NCBI GenBank assembly: GCA_041178425.1
Contig: JBEGVH010000030.1
Span: 128,001 to 192,000 of the forward strand
Direction: 5' to 3'
From: Pseudomonadota bacterium
GTDB lineage: Bacteria > Bdellovibrionota > Bdellovibrionia > Bdellovibrionales > Bdellovibrionaceae
Length of the DNA: 64,000 nt
Each line of letters begins with the position of its first letter. Positions within the stretch are counted from its first letter, which is position 1. The translations under genes were made by a program, and so were the position numbers. The notes beneath the pieces were generated by a model, which was not told where the DNA came from, searched no databases, and saw only the letters and a program-made list of their open reading frames with translations. Below, piece by piece: positions 50,777 to 60,094 of the stretch.

Positions 50777-52597
50777 CTATTGTTGTGTTTTTTTGCGATC
50801 TTCAAGGGCTTTCTCAGCCGTCGGTGCCAAGCGAACTCCCAATTCAATGAGCTGATCACGACTGACTTCACTTGGAGCTGCTGACATCAAGCAAGACGCC
50901 TTTGCCGTTTTTGGAAAGGCAATAACTTCACGAATCGCTTCAGTACCGCAAAGTAACATCACCAAACGGTCCATACCCCAAGCAATACCCCCGTGAGGAG
51001 GTGTGCCGTATTTTAATGCTTCGAGAAAGAAGCCAAACTTTAATTGAGTTTCTTCGGGAGTCATACCGAGGACTTTAAACATGGCTTGTTGAACTTCGTT
51101 ACGATAAATACGAATGCTTCCACCTGCAATTTCATAGCCGTTACAAACCAGGTCATAGGCTTTTGCTAACAGTCCACCGAATTTTGCTTCGTTGTTGCTA
51201 AGGAGATCATCGATGCCTTCATCTTTTGGTGCGGTGAATGGATGGTGGCGAGCAACCCAGCGCTTTTCTTCTGGTGCGTATTCAAGAAGCGGAAAATCCA
51301 ACACCCAAAGAAAATGATCTTTGGTGGTATCAATCAAGCTGAGATCACGACCCACTTGCAAACGCAACGCTGAGAGCGCAGAACAAGCCACCTCGTAATC
51401 GTCGGCAACAACGAGCATGAGGTCTCCCACTTTACCACCCCCCTGAACCATCCACGCTTTGACCTGATCGTCAGAAAAGAACTTGCTCACAGAAGAATTA
51501 AACTTTCCTTCTGCCTCCCACTTCACCCAAACCATTCCTTTGGCACCAGATTTTTTAGCCAAATCTGTGAGCTTATCTAGTTGACCTCGAGAAAAATTGG
51601 CTGCCCCTGGCACCACGATTCCTCGCACAATTCCGCCGCGAGAAAGCGTATCATCAAACACTTTAAATCCTGAATTTTGAACAAGCGTGCCAAGATCTTT
51701 AATTTCAACTCCAAAACGAGTGTCCGGTTTATCGCTGCCAAATCGATCCATAGCTTCCTGGAAGCTTATCTTAGGCACATCACCAATTTCGACTCCCTTA
51801 AATTGTTTCCAGAGTTTACGAAGAAGGCCTTCGTTCATTTTAATGATGTCTTCGCGATCAATAAAAGACATCTCGATATCGATTTGGGTAAACTCAGGCT
51901 GACGATCCGCCCGCAAATCTTCATCGCGAAAACAACGAGCAATTTGAAAATAGCGATCGTAACCAGAAATCATCAGTAACTGCTTAAGCGTTTGTGGCGA
52001 TTGAGGAAGAGCATAAAACTCCCCTAAATTGACTCGCGAAGGAACCAGATAGTCTCTCGCTCCCTCAGGCGTGCTCTTATAAAGAATCGGAGTTTCTACC
52101 TCAAGAAAACCATTTTCGCTAAAGTACTGCCGGACGACCTGTTGAACATTGTGACGAACGATCAAATGGTTTTGCAACCGGGGACTACGTAAATCGAGAT
52201 AACGGTACTTCAACCGGAGAGTTTCGCTCACATTCGGATCATCAATTTGAAACGGAGGAGTTGCTGCTTCGTTCAAAATTTCGCAACGAAGAGCCTCTAC
52301 CTCGACTTCACCTGTTTTGAGTTTTTTATTTGTCATTCCCTCTGGGCGCTGTCTCACAACACCTTCGATGGCAACAACATACTCTCCTCGAAAATCTTTT
52401 GAACACGCTGTTTCAGCCTTGTTTGGATCAAGCACTACCTGAAGAATTCCTTCGCGATCACGCAAATCGATGAAAACAAGATTACCGTGGTCTCGACGGG
52501 AATCAACCCAGCCAGTTAATACCACCTTTTGGCCCGCCAAAGCCTTGGTGACTTGTCCGCAATAATGAGATCGTTTTAGCTCTGCTATAAACTTCAC
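50777..52597 (-). CDS. aspS: Aspartate-tRNA ligase, probably non-discriminating
   Basis: RRDHG, LKYRYLDLR, PQSPQ, CFRDEDLRADRQPEFTQ and PPHGGIAWGMDR motifs. Start set at GTG 52597 behind AGGGGAG. Confidence 0.98.
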   Translation of the reverse strand: MKFIAELKRSHYCGQVTKALAGQKVVLTGWVDSRRDHGNLVFIDLRDREGILQVVLDPNKAETACSKDFRGEYVVAIEGVVRQRPEGMTNKKLKTGEVEVEALRCEILNEAATPPFQIDDPNVSETLRLKYRYLDLRSPRLQNHLIVRHNVQQVVRQYFSENGFLEVETPILYKSTPEGARDYLVPSRVNLGEFYALPQSPQTLKQLLMISGYDRYFQIARCFRDEDLRADRQPEFTQIDIEMSFIDREDIIKMNEGLLRKLWKQFKGVEIGDVPKISFQEAMDRFGSDKPDTRFGVEIKDLGTLVQNSGFKVFDDTLSRGGIVRGIVVPGAANFSRGQLDKLTDLAKKSGAKGMVWVKWEAEGKFNSSVSKFFSDDQVKAWMVQGGGKVGDLMLVVADDYEVACSALSALRLQVGRDLSLIDTTKDHFLWVLDFPLLEYAPEEKRWVARHHPFTAPKDEGIDDLLSNNEAKFGGLLAKAYDLVCNGYEIAGGSIRIYRNEVQQAMFKVLGMTPEETQLKFGFFLEALKYGTPPHGGIAWGMDRLVMLLCGTEAIREVIAFPKTAKASCLMSAAPSEVSRDQLIELGVRLAPTAEKALEDRKKTQQ

Positions 52598-52797
52598 GTG
52601 AAACTCCCCTTTTGGCATTGTGCTTCATTTTTGGTGCTAAGCCTTAAGTTTCTCATGAAGGCCATTTTCAGTCAAAAGTCTTCTCTCTAGAACGCTTGAT
52701 TTCCTTCGCAAAGAACACTTCTTTTTGCTAAGCTCAGTCAGACACGGTAAGAGACCACAAACGTCAAAATGGAGGCAGCCTCTCGGCTGATGATAGA

Positions 52798-53103
52798 ATG
52801 CCCAAATTTAAAGTCGAAACCCCGTCTTCACTCAGTGCCAAAGAAGCGTTTGGAAAAATTAGAAACTTCATGGAAAACACCGACGATTTAAAAAAAATTG
52901 ATTCCAACATCGAGTGTAAATTCGAAGAGGCAAAGTTAAGAGGCACGGCCAAGGGTAAGCAATTCAAAGCCGATATCTCTGTGGTCGAAAACTCTCCCCA
53001 ATGCGTTGTAAGCATTGAAGTGGAAATCCCGCTTCTCCTTTCGCCCCTCAAAGGAAAAATTCAAGAAACGCTAGAACGAAAAATTAAAAAGGCTTTAGCA
53101 TAA
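52798..53103 (+). CDS. Small protein of the polyhydroxyalkanoic acid system (PHA_gran_rgn)-like family
   Basis: 101 aa; MPKFKVETPSSL...EA and IPLLLSPLKGKIQETLERKI pattern, family recognised from memory. Confidence 0.65.
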   Translation: MPKFKVETPSSLSAKEAFGKIRNFMENTDDLKKIDSNIECKFEEAKLRGTAKGKQFKADISVVENSPQCVVSIEVEIPLLLSPLKGKIQETLERKIKKALA

Positions 53104-53106
53104 CAA

Positions 53107-54183
53107 ATGAAAAAACAAGCATCGCCGGGATCCAAAAAACCAACCAAGAGTCGCAAAGCAAAAGAGCTTTCCTCTTCTGTCGACACGACCCCAATTAGGT
53201 CGGTTCGGGCGGAGCTTGTATCTGATGAGACAGAAACCAAAGATATTTCCCACCTCGAAGATCAAAAAGAGGATTGGACACCTGCTGATGGCTCTGATGT
53301 TGATCTGTTAGTAGACCCAGAGGATAGCCCTAAGGCCCTCGGATCAACGAAAGCGGTCGCAACGGCCGATCCGATGCAACTGTATTTGGCGTCGATTCAA
53401 AAGTATCCGCTCTTGACCCGGGAACAGGAACAAAAACTAGCAACTCATTATTTTGAAACCAAAGACCCCAAAGCAGCCCAGGCTCTTGTGACCGCCAACC
53501 TACGGTTTGTGGTTAAGGTCGCTGCAGAGTACTCAAAATTTGGAGCCAAACTAATAGACCTGGTTCAAGAGGGCAACGTTGGCCTAATGCATGCGATACG
53601 CGAATTCAACCCCTACAAGGGGGTGCGACTTATCACATACGCAGTTTGGTGGATTCGTGGCTACATTCAAGAATACCTGATGCGCCAATACTCGATGGTG
53701 CGAATTGGAACTACGCAAAACCAACGCAAACTTTTTTATCAACTCAAGCGAGAAAAAGAAGCCCTGGACTCCCTCGGTGATAGCCAAGACTTCAAACAGC
53801 TATCTGAAAAATTAGGCATACCTGAAGATGAAATAAAAGAAATGAAGAGTCGCCTTTCTGGCCGCGATGTGAGTCTTGATACTCCCCTTGATCAAAGCAC
53901 CAAAACCACTCTGGGCGATCTACAAAAAAGCAAAGAAACTCTGCCCATCGATGAAGACCTCGCCCTTCGGGAACAATTGAGTCTTTTAAAGGAAAAAATC
54001 GATGAGATTCGTCCTGATCTTTCAGAAAGAGAACTCATCATTCTCAATGAACGACTCCTCGCCGACGATCCTCTCACTCTTCAAGAAATTGGCGAGAAAT
54101 ACAAAATCACCAGAGAGGCCGTTCGCCAAATGGAAGTACGCGTTCTTGCCAAGATTAAAAAGAAGTTCCTAGAGGAACAATAA
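53107..54183 (+). CDS. RNA polymerase sigma factor, sigma32/RpoH-like
   Basis: LYLASIQKYPLLT, NLRFVVKVA, DLVQEGNVGLM, YAVWWIR, RpoH box QRKLFYQLK and TLQEIG...TREAVRQME. Confidence 0.93.
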   Translation: MKKQASPGSKKPTKSRKAKELSSSVDTTPIRSVRAELVSDETETKDISHLEDQKEDWTPADGSDVDLLVDPEDSPKALGSTKAVATADPMQLYLASIQKYPLLTREQEQKLATHYFETKDPKAAQALVTANLRFVVKVAAEYSKFGAKLIDLVQEGNVGLMHAIREFNPYKGVRLITYAVWWIRGYIQEYLMRQYSMVRIGTTQNQRKLFYQLKREKEALDSLGDSQDFKQLSEKLGIPEDEIKEMKSRLSGRDVSLDTPLDQSTKTTLGDLQKSKETLPIDEDLALREQLSLLKEKIDEIRPDLSERELIILNERLLADDPLTLQEIGEKYKITREAVRQMEVRVLAKIKKKFLEEQ

Positions 54184-54229
54184 ACTCACGAATGACTGCG
54201 CCTCTTTACGACTGATCCCAGCCTCAAGT

Positions 54230-55540
54230 TTATCCCTTTTTTGCCTTTGCATACTCAGCAATTGCCGTTCGAGCGGCCACCGCATGATCAACCATTGGTT
54301 TTGGATATTTGGCCGTTTTCCATTCGGGAATCCAGCGCCGCACGTACTCTTCATTGGGGTCAAATTTCAAGCGCTGCACTTCGGGGTTAAATACTCTAAA
54401 ATAGGGAGCGGCATCACAACCTGTACCCGCCGCCCACTGCCAGTTACCATTATTAGAGGAGAGATCATAATCAAGAAGAATTCCGGCAAAATATCTTTCG
54501 CCCCACGACCAATGAATCAAAAGATCTTTACAAAGAAAACTAGCCACATTCATGCGCACTCGATTGGCCATATTGCCAGTCGTATTTAATTGCCTCATGC
54601 CGGCATCGACGAGAGGAAATCCCGTCATGCCCTCTTTCCAGCGTTCAAAATGCTCCTGGTTTTGTGACCAAGCCACATTGTCAAACTCTGGTCGAAAAGA
54701 ATGTTTCACCACCTGCGGAAAGTGATAGAGAACTTGTGAAAAGAAATCACGCCAAGCAATTTCTGAGAGCCAAGTCTTGCTCAATGGGCGAGCCAAGCGA
54801 ACGAGCTCGCGCACACTGACAGTTCCAAAACGAAGATGAATGCCCATTCCAGAGGTAGATCTCTCGTCAAAAACGTCGTTCCGACGTTGTTCGTAGGCCT
54901 CAACGATTTTAAGATCGAGGACAGGAGTCGCCGCTACAATTGAGGTTTCCTGAAAGCCTAATTCAGCCATTGAAGGGGCGCTCTTAATAGGGAGCCCTTT
55001 GGCAAAGGCCCCAACATGTTTCTCCGACGGAAAATGCACTAAACTATTGGGGTCACTCTCAATGCGAGCCATCCACTTCTTTGAATAGGGTGTAAAGACT
55101 GTGTAAGGAGTTCCTTTATCGGTGAGAATTTGATTTCGCTCGAAAACAAAATGATCCTGATATTCTTGATAGGTGAGTCCGTTCGACTGAAAAAGCTGCT
55201 GAACCTCATGGTCCCGGCGCTTTGGGTAAGGGTCATGATCGCGATTTAGAAAAACTCCCCCTGGCTGAAATTCTTGAATGAGTTCTTTAAAAACCTCAAG
55301 GGGCTTACCGCTACGAACCACGAGCTCTGACCCGAGAGCTCGCAACTCTTTTTGCAAGCCTAGAAGGCGAGAGTGAATAAACTGCACCCGACGGTCGGAG
55401 CGATCAGGGAGCCGCTCTAAAATATCGGGATCGAAGATAAAAATTGGCACCACAGGGTGACCCGACTTGAGGGCCTGAAAGAGCCCGTGATTGTCAATGA
55501 GGCGGAGATCTCGGCGAAACCAAAAGATGACTTTTTTCAT
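54230..55540 (-). CDS. Deoxyribodipyrimidine photolyase (photolyase/cryptochrome family)
   Basis: WFRRDLRLIDN, YTVFTPY, WRDF, GMTGFPLVDAGMRQL, NRVRM, LLDYD..SNNGNWQW and YFRVFNP motifs. Confidence 0.95.
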   Translation of the reverse strand: MKKVIFWFRRDLRLIDNHGLFQALKSGHPVVPIFIFDPDILERLPDRSDRRVQFIHSRLLGLQKELRALGSELVVRSGKPLEVFKELIQEFQPGGVFLNRDHDPYPKRRDHEVQQLFQSNGLTYQEYQDHFVFERNQILTDKGTPYTVFTPYSKKWMARIESDPNSLVHFPSEKHVGAFAKGLPIKSAPSMAELGFQETSIVAATPVLDLKIVEAYEQRRNDVFDERSTSGMGIHLRFGTVSVRELVRLARPLSKTWLSEIAWRDFFSQVLYHFPQVVKHSFRPEFDNVAWSQNQEHFERWKEGMTGFPLVDAGMRQLNTTGNMANRVRMNVASFLCKDLLIHWSWGERYFAGILLDYDLSSNNGNWQWAAGTGCDAAPYFRVFNPEVQRLKFDPNEEYVRRWIPEWKTAKYPKPMVDHAVAARTAIAEYAKAKKG

Positions 55541-55601
55541 AGGTCCTTAATTTGACCGAAACCCGCCACCGAATCAAGACAATGTGACTGATTCTTTCTG
55601 A

Positions 55602-56108
55602 CTACCTTTTGAGTCGTGCTAATTCCATTTTTGCTTCGTTAATGACTCCACTCATTGTGGTGATTTGGGCTTCTTTCTCACTTAGAATTTTTTGAAGCTT
55701 AGTGATTCTCGCCTCGTAGGTTTTTAGCATTTGCGATTGCTGCTCAATGACCTCTTGAGACTTAAAATCGTAGGCTTTTCGTTCGGACAGCTTACTATTA
55801 ACTTGTGCTAATCGTTGATTAATTTCACGAATCATTTCGCTATGGTTTTGATCGATACGGCTCAAAGATTGCCCCAAACGATCGAACTTGAGCTGCTGGC
55901 TTTTGGCATTTTCGGCCATGTGGGTACCCATTCTGGTCATTTGATCTTGTAAACGGTTGAGCTGAGTTCTTAAAAGGCGAACTTCTTCTGATGCGGCCAA
56001 GGCTTTTTCATAAATGACTTCCAACGCTGGAAGCCCTTCAGGATGGGATTCCCGCTTGATAGCAGTTTTGGGTGTAGGAAAAAGATCTGGATTCAATTCT
56101 TTCTGCAT
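55602..56108 (-). CDS. Hypothetical coiled-coil protein
   Basis: 168 aa, heptad-rich in Q/E/K/L, with an AGGAGAGGA RBS. Confidence 0.75.
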   Translation of the reverse strand: MQKELNPDLFPTPKTAIKRESHPEGLPALEVIYEKALAASEEVRLLRTQLNRLQDQMTRMGTHMAENAKSQQLKFDRLGQSLSRIDQNHSEMIREINQRLAQVNSKLSERKAYDFKSQEVIEQQSQMLKTYEARITKLQKILSEKEAQITTMSGVINEAKMELARLKR

Positions 56109-56246
56109 GATGTATCCTCTCCTTGGACGGTTAAACGAGGCCCCCTTCGGGGTTTTAATCTTCGCTTGGGGAAGAGTTCCTTCTCTTCGCCTTTTTCAAG
56201 TATATTTTCTCTGGACTCTCGAATCAATTCTTTCTAACCTAATCTC

Positions 56247-57227
56247 ATGAAGATTTCACAAATTTTAAAATACATTGCCGACTTGAACCCTCAAAACACG
56301 CCTGCGCGTTTGGCTTTTTACAATTTTCTCCGCCACTTTGAGTTCAGCTCGGACGATCTAACTCCCTATGTTATTAACACTTTTTTCTCACAAGCCCTTG
56401 AGTATCCACATTGGCAAACGAACAAATCGTTTTTAAGCAAAGAAGTGCAATTCCTTCTGGAGAATTTCGTTCGCGTTCACAAAGCTGATTTCGACTTTGG
56501 CGCCATACGCTTTCCGCAAAACCTGCAGCTCGTGGAGCTGGAGTCTTTTTCGGATCTGCTCGAAGTTACCAATAACTATGCGCGCTCGATCACGGCCGAA
56601 GATGACAAGTTTCGAATCATCCCAGACCAAAGTCGTAGGGTTATTTTAGTAACCCTAAAAGCTGATAAATCAGTGGACGTTGCTGTGTTTGATAAAAAAT
56701 TTGTCATTCGCAACGGTCAATTAGAGCCGCTCCGAACAGATCTAAAGGTCTCCTACGATGCTAACCTTGAGCTCAGAGAAAATGCTATCCACCTTATTGA
56801 GGTCGCACCTTATCTTTTGGCTCAATTTACGATGAAGAATGGCCAACCTCAAGGAAGCCTCCTCAGGGGCTATGTTTTTCAAAAGTACCAGGAGCTCCAT
56901 GGGCTTACTCTCGAAGAACAGAGTAAGGTCTTCGCTCCTCTTAAGCGCCTAGAGCAAATCTTTATCGATAAGCAGAGTGACCCCTATTATCTGGATCTTG
57001 TGAAACAGCTCACAGAATCCCCGGCCCGAGTGCGCCAAGGTGAGCTCAGCGATGAAAAAAACGCCCGCCGACTCCTCGAAAGAGCTGAATTGGCCTATCG
57101 GGAGATTTTCATTGGTGACAAAATGCTCGCCGGACTGATAAACGAGCTTGGTCAAAGCATCAAGCCGACGGGACCAAAGGATTCAGAATTATGGGCAAAA
57201 CAACGACCACTCGACTTAACAAGGTAA
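56247..57227 (+). CDS. Hypothetical cytoplasmic protein
   Basis: 326-aa ORF with no motif recognised; overlaps the start of the next gene. Confidence 0.75.
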   Translation: MKISQILKYIADLNPQNTPARLAFYNFLRHFEFSSDDLTPYVINTFFSQALEYPHWQTNKSFLSKEVQFLLENFVRVHKADFDFGAIRFPQNLQLVELESFSDLLEVTNNYARSITAEDDKFRIIPDQSRRVILVTLKADKSVDVAVFDKKFVIRNGQLEPLRTDLKVSYDANLELRENAIHLIEVAPYLLAQFTMKNGQPQGSLLRGYVFQKYQELHGLTLEEQSKVFAPLKRLEQIFIDKQSDPYYLDLVKQLTESPARVRQGELSDEKNARRLLERAELAYREIFIGDKMLAGLINELGQSIKPTGPKDSELWAKQRPLDLTR

Positions 57228-58057
57228 TTTCAGAATCAGGGGTTGCAAGCCGCCGGCAAGCCGATCGCCTCATCGAAGAAGGCGAAGTAACTGTCAACGG
57301 CAAGCGCGTTTATGAACTGGGCATCAAGGTCAACCCATCGGTTGACCGAATCTTTGTTAGTGGTAAGCCACTCAAAATTTCCCATAGTAAAATTTACATC
57401 GCTTTTCATAAGCCTCAAGGCATCCTCACCACGATGGATGATCCTTTGAACCGACCAACGATTGCTCAATACGTTGAGCAAATGCCCGTTAAAGTCTTTC
57501 CGGTTGGTCGACTTGATTGGGATTCAGAGGGTTTACTGGTTCTAACGAACGATGGCGATTTTGCTCAAAGAATCACTCACCCAAAACATGAGGTCACTAA
57601 AACCTATTTAGTAAAACTCCGACGAGATCCAACTCCCGAGCAAATCCAGCGACTTCTCCGCGGCGTGAGTATCATTGGCGGTAAAGTAGCTGCCAAGTCG
57701 CTCGTTAAAGTTCCACGAGGTAAATCGGATCACCCTTGGTTTAAAATTATCATCACCGAAGGTAAGAATCGTCAGATTCGTCAAATGTTCGAAAAAATTA
57801 ATAATGACGTCTTAAAGCTCCAAAGGATTGCTATTGGTTGTTTAAAGATTGGCAAGCTCAAGCGTGGAGCATGGGAAATTCTCGAACCGGCGGATTTAAA
57901 GAAGATGTTCATTGCCGATGACCCAGAAGCTCTTAAAGAAAAGAAGAGTTACAAAGCCACGGCAGAAAAGGTTTATCGAAATAAATCGACGGCCAATAAG
58001 ATCGGAACGAAAAAGAACCCTCACATGAAAACCAAAAAGCAACTTTTTGGTGACTAA
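57191..58057 (+). CDS. rRNA pseudouridine synthase (RsuA/RluB family)
   Basis: S4 domain RLNK...GVASRR, KPQG, catalytic GRLD..SEGLL.LTNDG and EGKNRQIR motifs. Confidence 0.95.
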   Translation: MGKTTTTRLNKVISESGVASRRQADRLIEEGEVTVNGKRVYELGIKVNPSVDRIFVSGKPLKISHSKIYIAFHKPQGILTTMDDPLNRPTIAQYVEQMPVKVFPVGRLDWDSEGLLVLTNDGDFAQRITHPKHEVTKTYLVKLRRDPTPEQIQRLLRGVSIIGGKVAAKSLVKVPRGKSDHPWFKIIITEGKNRQIRQMFEKINNDVLKLQRIAIGCLKIGKLKRGAWEILEPADLKKMFIADDPEALKEKKSYKATAEKVYRNKSTANKIGTKKNPHMKTKKQLFGD

Positions 58058-58776
58058 GGGGTTTTCCAAGCATTGAGGAGCGCCTGGCCGATGGCGCTCG
58101 CATTTCCGCTATTCATAGAACCGCTTAACTGACTGCACAGCTCTTTATTCGCATTTTCACCACCAGAGCAACTAGCTTCATAGGCGATTATCGCGGTTTG
58201 CCCGATCACTTCGGGTGTACCAGCATTAATAAGTTGGGTCACTTCTGCGGCATCAAGCTGACCATCCGCTAACACATCGGCCACCCCAGATAGATTTGTT
58301 GCAATTCGCGCAAACGATGCAATCATCACATACCCAGGATTTCCAGCATCACTACAATAACTAAATGTCTCGTTGGCGAGTACTGAATCTTCGGCCTCTG
58401 TTGCAGTCTCACTGACCCCCATGCTTTTAAACTTCAAAAAACTCATCATACCCACGGTGCCTGAGCCTCCGCCTTGATTACTCAAACTGCTCATAGCATC
58501 AACGATACGACCAGGGTCACCAAAACCTTCAATTAAAAAGTTGCCTGAACATCTTATAAGACTGGCATCTTTCGATGAAAGCGTTCCTAGTTTATCTAAG
58601 CAAGTATTTACTCGGGTCTTTCTCTGGGCGGCCGATAATCCTGTCACTGGAAGCTCATCAAGACAAAATTGTGCATCACCAATTTTGTCTTGATCATTAG
58701 ACGCTGAGCACCCCGCCAACAGACCAAGACTAAGAACAGCGACCATCAAACTCTTCATCATTGCTTTATGATTCAT
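58054..58776 (-). CDS. Cys-rich helical lipoprotein, function unknown
   Basis: Lipobox LAGC, six further Cys, AGGGAG RBS. Confidence 0.82.
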   Translation of the reverse strand: MNHKAMMKSLMVAVLSLGLLAGCSASNDQDKIGDAQFCLDELPVTGLSAAQRKTRVNTCLDKLGTLSSKDASLIRCSGNFLIEGFGDPGRIVDAMSSLSNQGGGSGTVGMMSFLKFKSMGVSETATEAEDSVLANETFSYCSDAGNPGYVMIASFARIATNLSGVADVLADGQLDAAEVTQLINAGTPEVIGQTAIIAYEASCSGGENANKELCSQLSGSMNSGNASAIGQALLNAWKTP

Positions 58777-58813
58777 TAACGGCTCCCTTAAAAACTTTCC
58801 GACTGACCCTTTC

Positions 58814-58840
58814 TTATCGTCATTTGAAAGCTAGTCTTGA
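58814..58840 (-). promoter_or_regulatory. Putative sigma28 (FliA) promoter of the lipoprotein gene
   Basis: TCAAGACT-11 nt-GACGATAA. Confidence 0.6.
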
Positions 58841-59020
58841 GGGGTGGGCACACAATTAGACTCCGTAATCTCTTCGATTTGAGACACCAAAAACATGTCT
58901 TCGAAATCATCTGCAACAGCTCTCTCGCCAAAGGTCCAGGAACTGTCTGAGATTCGACTAAACACCAGTTTGTTTTTTATGTCTCACTTTGAGAATCGCT
59001 CTAAAGATAGAATAAAGGTG

Positions 59021-60094
59021 ATGAGTCAGTTTTCGCCTTCACTCGTAGCGCTAATTCTATTTCTTAGTTGGTCTTCGATAACTAAGGCCGAAATTTATGA
59101 GTTTTATCGTGGAGTGCGCGCCCTTGGAATGGGTGGAGCAGATACTGCGGTTGTGAACGATGAAACCGCACTATTGGTTAATCCTGCCGGCCTGGGTAAA
59201 CTCCGCGACAGCATTACAACTGTTTTTGACCCCGAGATGGAGTTTAGCACCAACAATTACGATATGTATAAAAAGAAGTTACCGGGCTCACTTGTCAATT
59301 TAAGCGATCTCAGTGCCTCACTTGATAATTATCGCGAACAACACTACCACTACAAATACCAGATTTTTCCTTCGGTGGTGGTGAAAAATTTTGGAATTGG
59401 TTTTTTACTCAAAGAACAGCTTGATGCAAAAATGAGAGCCGACGGCCTGAGTATCGATACCAATTACTACTACGATATGGCTCTTGCCACTGGTTTTAAC
59501 TTTCGTTTTTGGGATGGGCGTATCAAGCTCGGTGTAACTGCAAAGGCGGTCAATCGTGTTGAAGCTATTGGCAATTTTCCGGTGGCTCAAAGCCTGAAAG
59601 CTCAAGATGTCGGCTCAGAAGGTTACGGAATGGGCTCTGATGTAGGCCTGATTCTCTCTGCCCCTTGGGGTTGGATTCCTACACTCTCGGTGGTTGGGCG
59701 CAATGTTGGTGGTTTAAAATTTACTAACACTGGTCTTCGATACAAGCTCAGCAACAAACCGACAGACCTCGAGCAAGATGCCGACATCGCTCTTGCTTTT
59801 TTTCCGATTCACAGCAACCGGGCGCGATCGAGCTTTACTTTTGAACATAAACATTACTTAACGGCGAACCAATACACCAATAAAAATCAGCTCTATCATT
59901 TTGGCTGGGAAACAAACTTTAACGACATGGCGTTTTTTAGACTTGGTTGGAATGGCATTTCTTATACCACCGGTTTTGAGCTGGCCGCTGAGCGATTACA
60001 ACTCCAACTTGCCTACTACACAGAAAATGCAGGAACCGAAGATACACCAGATCTAGATAAACGCTGGGTCTTCAAGGTTTCGTATCGCTACTAA
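59021..60094 (+). CDS. Outer-membrane beta-barrel protein (TraF/FadL/PorV-like N-terminal motif)
   Basis: Signal peptide from Met 59021, RALGMGGA...NPAGL motif, alternating aromatic beta strands and a C-terminal beta-signal FKVSYRY. Confidence 0.8.
   Translation: MSQFSPSLVALILFLSWSSITKAEIYEFYRGVRALGMGGADTAVVNDETALLVNPAGLGKLRDSITTVFDPEMEFSTNNYDMYKKKLPGSLVNLSDLSASLDNYREQHYHYKYQIFPSVVVKNFGIGFLLKEQLDAKMRADGLSIDTNYYYDMALATGFNFRFWDGRIKLGVTAKAVNRVEAIGNFPVAQSLKAQDVGSEGYGMGSDVGLILSAPWGWIPTLSVVGRNVGGLKFTNTGLRYKLSNKPTDLEQDADIALAFFPIHSNRARSSFTFEHKHYLTANQYTNKNQLYHFGWETNFNDMAFFRLGWNGISYTTGFELAAERLQLQLAYYTENAGTEDTPDLDKRWVFKVSYRY

Noticed and set aside
58895..59020. 42-aa N-terminal extension of the beta-barrel ORF
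   Set aside because: The signal peptide begins at Met 59021 behind AAGGTG, so the upstream part is more likely regulatory DNA.
59021..60094. TraF-like barrel plus VirB11-like ATPase as evidence of a conjugative element
   Set aside because: The ATPase has CpaF/TadA motifs and a secretin neighbour. No relaxase, VirB4, integrase or att repeats were seen.
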